From a virus (Duplodnaviria > Caudoviricetes): a stretch of DNA of 64,000 nt. The stretch lies in IMG/VR virus record IMGVR_UViG_3300043394_000609; one strand, 5' to 3'. Below, one piece after another: positions 30,512 through 38,300 of the stretch (the first letter of the stretch is position 1; each line of letters opens with the position of its first letter). Below the pieces are notes generated by a model. The model was not told the origin of the DNA and made no database searches. It saw only the letters and a program-made list of their open reading frames with translations. Both the position numbers and the translations under genes were made by a program.

Positions 30512-30955
30512 TTACAAATTGTATTGAAGATACGTTGTCTCCGGTTGTCTCAATGATAACACGTCGGTTAAATCAGTTAGAATTTGTCGAAGTTTTGGTC
30601 GAATATCAACCGAGTATCTTACTTTTGGTGGATAATAATGCGCCGCAAATATCCTTTCAATAAATACTTCGTCATTCTGCTTGATTTGCAATAAAAAGTA
30701 TTGTTCTTCCGCTTCTTTAGGATCTTCCACATACTCCGAATTCAAGAAAAAATGTTGATTTTCGGATAAGTAATCGCAACTTTTATTTTTCAAATCTTCC
30801 GAAATTTCTGAACAAATATTTTTTACTTCATCATGCAAATCTAAAGATTTACGTGAAGCTGGGTTATAATCTTTTACATTAAAAAAACGTTGGCAGATTA
30901 TATTGCCATCTAAAGTTAATAAAAACTCAAATTTGTTTTGGTCTTGAATGTTCAT
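30512..30955 (-). CDS. Hypothetical protein in the replication block
   Basis: 147-aa ORF between the exonuclease and helicase genes; no recognised motif. Confidence 0.6.
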   Translation of the reverse strand: MNIQDQNKFEFLLTLDGNIICQRFFNVKDYNPASRKSLDLHDEVKNICSEISEDLKNKSCDYLSENQHFFLNSEYVEDPKEAEEQYFLLQIKQNDEVFIERIFAAHYYPPKVRYSVDIRPKLRQILTDLTDVLSLRQPETTYLQYNL

Positions 30956-31001
30956 CTTTTAAAAATTTTAATTTATTTATTTTTCATTTATTATATGATG
31001 G

Positions 31002-31009
31002 TAAAGTTA
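31002..31009 (-). promoter_or_regulatory. Possible Bacteroidota-type -7 element (TAACTTTA)
   Basis: TAnnTTTG-like with one mismatch, about 46 nt upstream of ORF 30512..30955. Confidence 0.3.
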
Positions 31010-31010
31010 A

Positions 31011-32027
31011 CTATTTTATTTTGAACTTAACAATTTTATTGTTCTTTTCTTTTCTAGTTAATCTTAGGTATGGATTTAAAAAACTAACCCACGCATCATT
31101 GTACTTTGGTAACATTGAAAATATACCATCTTCCATCATCATTTTCATACAATTTTTGTACGAACGACCTTCAGCGTCCAGATTATCTTTTTGTAATGAA
31201 ATAACTCCTTCTTTAGCTTCTTCAGTTAATATAGGTTCGTTAAGATTAACCATCTTATTGTTAATGATAAAAAATTCATCACCAAAGACCCCTTCTCTGG
31301 TTACACCAGTTAAAAAGTTTTGTATTAATTTATTATTTTTATCTTGTTCAAAAATAAGATTACCTTGTGCCCTAACTTCATCTAATGTTAGATGTTTTGT
31401 CTGGACTTCTGGGAATAGGGAAATTAGACGCTTTAATCCAAGATTTTTAATACCTGAAATATTATCTGAAGGATCTCCACATAAGATTTTAACCAACTCA
31501 ACATTTTCAATTGGGATTGGTATTTTATCATACTCAATGATACTGTTAGGGGTATATAATTTACCATGTGATGGATTATATAATGAAACATTATCATTTA
31601 CTAATTGTGCTAAATCACGATCAGATGAGTATATGATCTTTTTTTCATTTGGAGAATTTTGACAATAGTATGCAATACAATCATCTGATTCGCAATATTC
31701 AAATTCACCTTGGCGAACGTATAACTCTTCTAGATATTGTTTGATTCTATTTCTTTGATAGTCATATGAGTTTTGACCTTCTTCTGTTAATCGACTTTTA
31801 CGTCGATTCTCTTTGTATTGATGATAGATTTTTTTGCGTTCTTGAGACGAATCTTTTCCATCCCAAAAAACGCAAATTTTATCTAAGTGGTATGTTTCGA
31901 AAGACTTTCTTAACGTGTTTAAAAAATGGTAAATGCCGCCAATGTGTTCTCCTTTATGGAAAGCGTTTTTGACACCGTAAAACCCGATCGTTAATAAATT
32001 GTCACCGTCAACTAATAGTACGGACAT
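31011..32027 (-). CDS. 5'-3' exonuclease / flap endonuclease (Pol I N-terminal / T4 RNase H-like)
   Basis: LLVDGDNL, VFWDG, YKENR, ESDDCIA, SSDRDLAQL, GDPSDNISGIKNLG. Confidence 0.92.
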   Translation of the reverse strand: MSVLLVDGDNLLTIGFYGVKNAFHKGEHIGGIYHFLNTLRKSFETYHLDKICVFWDGKDSSQERKKIYHQYKENRRKSRLTEEGQNSYDYQRNRIKQYLEELYVRQGEFEYCESDDCIAYYCQNSPNEKKIIYSSDRDLAQLVNDNVSLYNPSHGKLYTPNSIIEYDKIPIPIENVELVKILCGDPSDNISGIKNLGLKRLISLFPEVQTKHLTLDEVRAQGNLIFEQDKNNKLIQNFLTGVTREGVFGDEFFIINNKMVNLNEPILTEEAKEGVISLQKDNLDAEGRSYKNCMKMMMEDGIFSMLPKYNDAWVSFLNPYLRLTRKEKNNKIVKFKIK

Positions 32028-32053
32028 TTGATTTTTTTTATATGTTAAACACT

Positions 32054-33040
32054 CTATTCTTCAAAAACATTGGCAGATTCTGATAACTCAATTTCACCAT
32101 CACCAGAACCAGAAAGAACACCATTCCAATATTCAGAATATTCTTTCTTGTAAGAGTCTAACGATTCTTTTGTATCAGCAATATACCCTTGTGGTACCGC
32201 AATGATTTTACCGTCTTTAAACGCTAAACCATTTACGTGGTTTTTCAAGATCGATACTTTGGTTCTAGTCGCAAACGCCACTTTTCTACCATTTTTAACA
32301 GCATCAATATGATTAATACCGGCTTTCTTTTGATTACCAAATAAAAACACTAATGATGATGCTAACCATAATGCCTCACCACCTTTTGCTTTAATTTCTG
32401 GTTGGCCAAATGGATTATCCGGTAATTCAACCCATGGTTGATTAACAACTACCATAGTATTGTAATATGGGTAATCTTCTTTTTTAGACTTAGAGATTCT
32501 AGAGTGAACACCCATACCGATTTTATCTGCTAATGTAGATGCGTTATGTTGTTTACCACCTTTACCATCATATGTCATTTTACATGGAATTGACCCAACT
32601 GAATCCCATACGAATAAAATTGATTGTTCAATATCACCTTTTTCTTGTGCATCTAAAACATCATTAATAAATTCAGTTGCTTGTTCGATGTAATCAAACC
32701 CATCATTAAAGATGAAGTCCCCATCCCATTCGCCGTTAGCATCTTTGGTTGCTTGTAACCCCAATTGAACAGCATGTTCCCAATCCCATTTTTTCTCAGT
32801 AATAATGAAAACTGGTAAATGTCCTTTCTTTTGTGCATCAGCAGCCGCCAAAATCATTGCAGTTGTTTTAGAAGTATTCGAATGCCCTAAGAACATATTA
32901 ATACCCCCCATAACTGGGCCTGGCATACCGCAAGCATCTAAAAATGCTTGACCACAATTGTAAAAATTAGTTTCTTTGTACTTTGTTTTAGTGGAGAACT
33001 TATCTTTGATCGCACTAAAATCTTTCTTTTTGATTGCCAT
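32054..33040 (-). CDS. RecA/UvsX-like recombinase
   Basis: GHSNTSKTT (variant Walker A), VWDSVGS (Walker B), VVVNQ, KGGEAL, ILKNHV. Confidence 0.85.
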   Translation of the reverse strand: MAIKKKDFSAIKDKFSTKTKYKETNFYNCGQAFLDACGMPGPVMGGINMFLGHSNTSKTTAMILAAADAQKKGHLPVFIITEKKWDWEHAVQLGLQATKDANGEWDGDFIFNDGFDYIEQATEFINDVLDAQEKGDIEQSILFVWDSVGSIPCKMTYDGKGGKQHNASTLADKIGMGVHSRISKSKKEDYPYYNTMVVVNQPWVELPDNPFGQPEIKAKGGEALWLASSLVFLFGNQKKAGINHIDAVKNGRKVAFATRTKVSILKNHVNGLAFKDGKIIAVPQGYIADTKESLDSYKKEYSEYWNGVLSGSGDGEIELSESANVFEE

Positions 33041-33057
33041 TTATTTCATTTGATTTA

Positions 33058-33092
33058 AAAAAATGTATGGCATCAATTAAGACACCATACAT
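33058..33092 (-). terminator. Rho-independent terminator after SSB
   Basis: Minus strand AUGUAUGGUGUC-UUAAUU-GAUGCCAUACAU-UUUUU. Confidence 0.8.
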
Positions 33093-33106
33093 ACATTATT
33101 ATTTTT

Positions 33107-34018
33107 TTAGAATGGAAGATCATCATCTTCTGGTTCCTCAAATTGAGGATCAACAACCGGAACAAAAGCCGGTGTCGTATTCATTGGTAATGAACCCTCT
33201 TTAACTGAAGGTGAACTAGGCGATTGTGTCATTCCAATATCGGCACTTTCTTCGTCACCACCACCCCATGATTTAGTTTCACTGTTCCATTTAGGAACAA
33301 TTCCTTGAGCAACTAATCTCAAGTATTCAACTGGTTTTTTTGCATAAACATCTTCCCAAGTTGTTGCGTCATTAATCCATTCTGCTTGTTGTACTGGATT
33401 ACTACTTAATGGTGCGGCATCATCTGGGAAAATAGATGTGATAGTTGTGTATTCACCACCGTTTGGTTTTTTAGACAAATTCATTGATATGATCAAGTCA
33501 CGTCCATTATCAGCGTTTGTTACATCACCTTTGATTTTCCAAAGTGCTACGATCTTATCTAAGATACCATCGTTTTTAGAACTATGTTTAAATCTCCAGT
33601 ATTTTACACCGTCTTGTTCGTTATCACGATCAATAACTTTTACTACATAAAACTTTCTTGGTCTATAACCGTAAGAAAGTAATTTATCTGATTCCACTCC
33701 GGTATTCTGAAGTGAACGATAAACATCGTTTAATGGTGATTCAACTCCTTGAATTTTACCGTTTTGTGCTGGGTCATATAACTTAACCCATTTTCCATCT
33801 ACTTGAATTTCATGGAAAAATACTTCTACAAATGGGCTACCCCCTTCTTTTGGTGGAATAATACGTACTCGTTTATCCCCTGATGCGCTACCTTTAGGTA
33901 AAATAGGCGCAAAATACCTTTTCAAACGGTCTTCACTGCTAATGTTTTGTTTAGCACTGTTACCTTGAGTGTTTTTCTCGTATTGTGCTAATACGGATAA
34001 TGTTGTTGCATCTTGCAT
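33107..34018 (-). CDS. Single-stranded DNA-binding protein (gp32-like)
   Basis: VRIIP, PF.EVFFH, FYVVKVIDR, GRDLII and an acidic tail EPEDDDLPF. Confidence 0.85.
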   Translation of the reverse strand: MQDATTLSVLAQYEKNTQGNSAKQNISSEDRLKRYFAPILPKGSASGDKRVRIIPPKEGGSPFVEVFFHEIQVDGKWVKLYDPAQNGKIQGVESPLNDVYRSLQNTGVESDKLLSYGYRPRKFYVVKVIDRDNEQDGVKYWRFKHSSKNDGILDKIVALWKIKGDVTNADNGRDLIISMNLSKKPNGGEYTTITSIFPDDAAPLSSNPVQQAEWINDATTWEDVYAKKPVEYLRLVAQGIVPKWNSETKSWGGGDEESADIGMTQSPSSPSVKEGSLPMNTTPAFVPVVDPQFEEPEDDDLPF

Positions 34019-34056
34019 AATTTTTGTTTTTTAAATTAATAAATTACTTTGAACAA

Positions 34057-34064
34057 CAAATGTA
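34057..34064 (-). promoter_or_regulatory. Bacteroidota sigma-type -7 promoter element TACATTTG
   Basis: Exact TAnnTTTG, 38 nt upstream of the SSB start and just after a terminator. Confidence 0.55.
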
Positions 34065-34067
34065 CAT

Positions 34068-34096
34068 AAAAAAAACCGAATTAAGAAATCCGGTTT
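34068..34096 (-). terminator. Rho-independent terminator
   Basis: AAACCGGAUU-UCUU-AAUUCGGUUUUUUUU on the minus strand. Confidence 0.85.
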
Positions 34097-34128
34097 AAAG
34101 TTTTTTTAAAAAAGTTTTAAATAAAGCA

Positions 34129-34503
34129 CTAATCTAGTGTTAATAGATATGCTAATTTATTTGTTTTACCTAATATTTCATCTCTAAGATTTAATAGATC
34201 GGTATCTTTTTGTTGGTCTAACTCATCAGTTAACGACCATAATTTACTTTTAAAATCTTGTAAAAAATCCACAACATTTACATCTTTTAAGTTTTGATAC
34301 GTAATTGTGTTTGTTTGACCATCCACAACAAATCTACCCCATTTACCCATTGCGGTTTCAACATACTCATCAATTAAACCATCTAATTGTTCGTACATAT
34401 CACCAAACGCCATGTGTCTAGCATAACCTTTAGTTTGCCAATGTAAAATCTTAAATTGAATTTGTGCCTGTAATAAGGCGTTTACTTTAATACTGAGATT
34501 CAT
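34129..34503 (-). CDS. Ferritin/Dps-like four-helix protein (DUF5856-like)
   Basis: LHWQTKGYARHMAFGDMYEQLDGLIDEYVE and LLNLRDEI...YLLTL. Confidence 0.75.
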   Translation of the reverse strand: MNLSIKVNALLQAQIQFKILHWQTKGYARHMAFGDMYEQLDGLIDEYVETAMGKWGRFVVDGQTNTITYQNLKDVNVVDFLQDFKSKLWSLTDELDQQKDTDLLNLRDEILGKTNKLAYLLTLD

Positions 34504-35134
34504 CGTTTAATGGATTAAATGTGTTTTCGATTTCGTCTTTAGAATAATTCTCGATATCATTTTTAGTTAATATGTATTCATTCTTACCACTAGCTCTCAT
34601 TTCACCTTGTTTTTGAGCGAAGAATTCTTGCGGTTTTTGATTGAATGGATATGAATCTAAAGATCTCATTTCTAGTTTTTCAACCTCTGTTTTAGGTTTT
34701 GACGCTTCAATTGTAGCACCTAACTGATCAATTTTAGAGATAATACCATCCATTTGAGATAGTTTTTGTTCTAATTCACCTAGTCTTGAGAATACGTCAT
34801 CCATTTTCTGGATCACCGCGCTATTTTCACCTTTACTACTTTCTAGATCGTTTTTAATGTTTTTTGTCATGTTAACTAAATCCGTAACATCAACTTCTTC
34901 TGTACTACCTTCTTCAGGTTCACCAATAGTATCTGGTGCAGCAGCATCCATAGGCGCATCCATAGAAGGATCCATTGCAGCATCGTCAGTTGGTTCTGGT
35001 AATGCTGGTAATGTTTCATCAGCTGGTTCAGCTGGTGGTACAGGTAATTCTTGCTCAGTAATATATAAACTACTTGCATTTCTGTTAATAGATTTATATC
35101 TATTGATTTCGTTTAAAAGTTTTTCTTCTAACAT
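34487..35134 (-). CDS. Acidic coiled-coil protein, possible head-internal/scaffold-type protein
   Basis: LLNEINRYKSI...YITEQ N-terminus, acidic Pro/Ala linker, heptad-like middle. Confidence 0.45.
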   Translation of the reverse strand: MLEEKLLNEINRYKSINRNASSLYITEQELPVPPAEPADETLPALPEPTDDAAMDPSMDAPMDAAAPDTIGEPEEGSTEEVDVTDLVNMTKNIKNDLESSKGENSAVIQKMDDVFSRLGELEQKLSQMDGIISKIDQLGATIEASKPKTEVEKLEMRSLDSYPFNQKPQEFFAQKQGEMRASGKNEYILTKNDIENYSKDEIENTFNPLNDESQY

Positions 35135-35138
35135 GGTT

Positions 35139-35342
35139 TTAGTCTTGTAATAGTTGTCTACCGTCTTCGGTAATGTATTTTTTATTTATTCTTTCAACAA
35201 TGCCGTCTTTACTTTTAATTGTATAGCATTCTCCTGTTTGTAAATCACAAACTTCTTCTTCTTTTCCATCTTGTGACATTTTCTTAACCGTATTTGGTTT
35301 TAAGAAACTATCCAATGAGTTGTTTAATCTATTATTTTCCAT
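35139..35342 (-). CDS. Small hypothetical late protein
   Basis: 67 aa with CDLQTGEC; TATTTATA lies 18 nt upstream. Confidence 0.6.
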   Translation of the reverse strand: MENNRLNNSLDSFLKPNTVKKMSQDGKEEEVCDLQTGECYTIKSKDGIVERINKKYITEDGRQLLQD

Positions 35343-35360
35343 AGTTTTATAATATATTAC

Positions 35361-35368
35361 TATAAATA
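35361..35368 (-). promoter_or_regulatory. Putative late promoter TATTTATA
   Basis: Upstream of 35342. Confidence 0.6.
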
Positions 35369-35387
35369 TCCAGGTTTTTGCTAATTT

Positions 35388-38300
35388 TTATTTTAATTTA
35401 AAATAAACTACATCACCTTCATTTAATTTTAGTTTTTTCATAAGTCTAGCATTCATAGCTAAACCAGCATTTTTATCATTTGCACCAGGTCCATTATGCA
35501 CAGCACCATCGTATTTACCCGTTGTTGAATTAATATTTGAAGCCAACTCATAACTGTGACCCGTTTTAGGGTTAACAAAAAACGTTGTTAAATTCGATAA
35601 TTTTTCAACATCATTTCCATTAGTTTTTAATCTAACCGAATAAAATTCATATAATGTGTTCTTAATGTCAGACCATGTTTTCATTATCTTAGGCGAATCT
35701 GTTCTGGCAGATAATATTGACATGGGAGCGGTGTCGGCAATTGGATATGTGGTATTACCCATCATTACCACTTTAGTTCTTAACCATTCTTCACCATTTC
35801 TATTTATCATTTGAATGTATTTCTCACCATTTGCACCGTTATACGGTATTAAGTCTTGATAAAACCCAGTTTTTCTAACCAATAGTCTATCAATATCTTC
35901 ACCAGCCAATGGAATTCCAGTATCAATTGTTACATTATCGGTACCTTTAAATTGATAAACTTTTTCAGTTGTTGTTTGTTTAGCATTGGGTTGTTTCTTT
36001 TTGACCGCGGCAGATAAAATTCTACTAAATAATGGGCGATAACTTGCAACAAATGAATCAGACATTTTAGGTAGACTACTATTTGCTACCCTAACACCTT
36101 TAAATGATGTTTCAATCGCGTTTCCTTTAATGTTGTGATTAACCTCAAAAATCAAATAAGTTCCTTGGAACATTGGTACATTTGAAAGATAAAAATACAT
36201 TGTTGGTTGAATCATTACGTCACCCATCATAGTAACTTCGCATTGGTATGACGCTGTTTTATAAATGTCAAATAATCCGATATCTACTTGTGTGGTACCA
36301 CCACCACTTTGTGATCTAGCTAATCTTTCTTGTGCAATAGCACTTTCAGTTGTGTTTTTATATGTTGCTTGATCCAAAGAGATACTTTTAAAAATACCTT
36401 GACCCTGATCACCAAAATTAACTTCAAATGAAACAACACGATTTGATTTAGATAAATCAGCGTCCATGAAAACTTTTGGTTCAACTAATAATGGGTTGTT
36501 ATTGGTGTCGCTAATATCAAAACTATCATTTTTAAAACGATATTCTTTACTGATTTTTTCCATATCCAAATATTTCGATGTATTACCGACGTGTTGTAAT
36601 ATGATTTTTGGTGACGACTCTTGATAATCTACTTCTAAAAACGTGCCAAATAAATTTCTTGCTAAATTTTTAGATGGGGTAATTCTTCTTTTATTACCTG
36701 AATTTGTTCCGTAAAAATTAATATAAGCCGGTAATGGTCGCATATCAAAATTAGTCCCTTGGATTAATATTGTAATTGCACTATAAAGGTCAACTTTAAC
36801 ATTCTTCTCATCCGCTAAAGAAATTAATCTATCTAAACTAATATAAGCTTCATTACCAATATCTCTATTTGCTCGATCAACAAATAGGAATTCTTCCATT
36901 AAATTTCGTTGACCAATAGCATTCCCCGAAATCCATTTATCATTAAACGATTTGAAAAATTGGTATATGTCTAACTTTAATGTTTTGTCCTCATTATATG
37001 CACTATAGATAGTAACGTCTTTTGGTTGTTTATCTTTAGATAAATTAGGAAACCTAGCAATTAACCCATTAAGAAATAAATTACGTCTATTAATCTGTGG
37101 GTAATATATGTTTTGTTTAACATAATCAACAAAAGATGTCTTTGTTGGAATAAAAGCATTAGGATTCAAATCACTATTTGCTTTAACCCAACCAGCATAA
37201 ACTCTAGCTAATTCTCTATATTCATAAATGTTTTCTTCATTAACTTCAATATCATTAACCTCAAAAAAGTTAGCATAAACATTTGATATCCAAACATAAT
37301 TTGGATCTGTAATATTTTCACCAATATAAAGTTTTATTAATTTATAGTTTTGTGGTGTTAATTGTGAAACGTCAAAATTAGGACCTACTGGTGTATTAGT
37401 ATATGCGTTAGCAAATGATGCCGTTAATCCGGTATACGAATGTTTACTAAGTTCTTTTGAACCAGCTAATTTGAATATTGCATAATTATTAATCTGTTTT
37501 GGGTTTGCAATTGTCAATCTTTTTAAGTTTTTATTAGATAATAACGTTTCAGTCATTTTTTCTAATTTTTGAACTTGAGCCTCAGATATTTTCTTATGAT
37601 AATCTTTAGAAGATAAATCAATACCAGTTTTTGGAACACTTGAAATTTCTTTCAAAATTTCTTGAAAATTATTATAGTCATGTGTTGTTGTATCTGGATT
37701 ATCTAGATTTAAATTTAACGACGCAAATTTAATAAACATCGATTCCATTTCATCCAATAACTTTGGACTAAAAGTTGCGATTAAATCAACAACTTTCTTT
37801 TTGGTACCATCAATTGTCAATACCCCTTTTTCATTTTCAAGTTTTTCCCCATATGTTGGGAAGGTTACACCACTAAAATTAACTTCAGTAGAATACTTCA
37901 TGATATCATCAAAAATGATTTTAAAAGATTCTTGTTCTACCCATTTAAATTTATCGGTACCAATGTTGAAATATTCTGTTGCACAGTTAGATGGCAATAT
38001 TGTGTATCTTGAATCTTTAACGTCAAATTTAGAATTATCAATAACCGAAGTTAGTAAAAATTCGTCACTAGTTATTGTTTGATCGAACATAATGTTATTC
38101 ACGCCGTTAGTTAATGTTCCTTCATATAAAAATGAAGATGTCATCGCATCCGTTACATCGGTCTGTGTAAATCCAGATGGGTTATAGAAACTATATCCAT
38201 TAACAATTTGATGATATACCCCATGATAATATGGGTATATACCTAAAAACTTCTGTGCCGCGGTTGTAATAAAACCTAATGAAGGATCAACCGAACTAAG

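Noticed and set aside
31021-31662. 213-aa plus-strand ORF and the many other 60-125 aa antisense or nested ORFs
   Set aside because: They lie fully inside well-supported genes, have shadow-like composition and show no expression signals.
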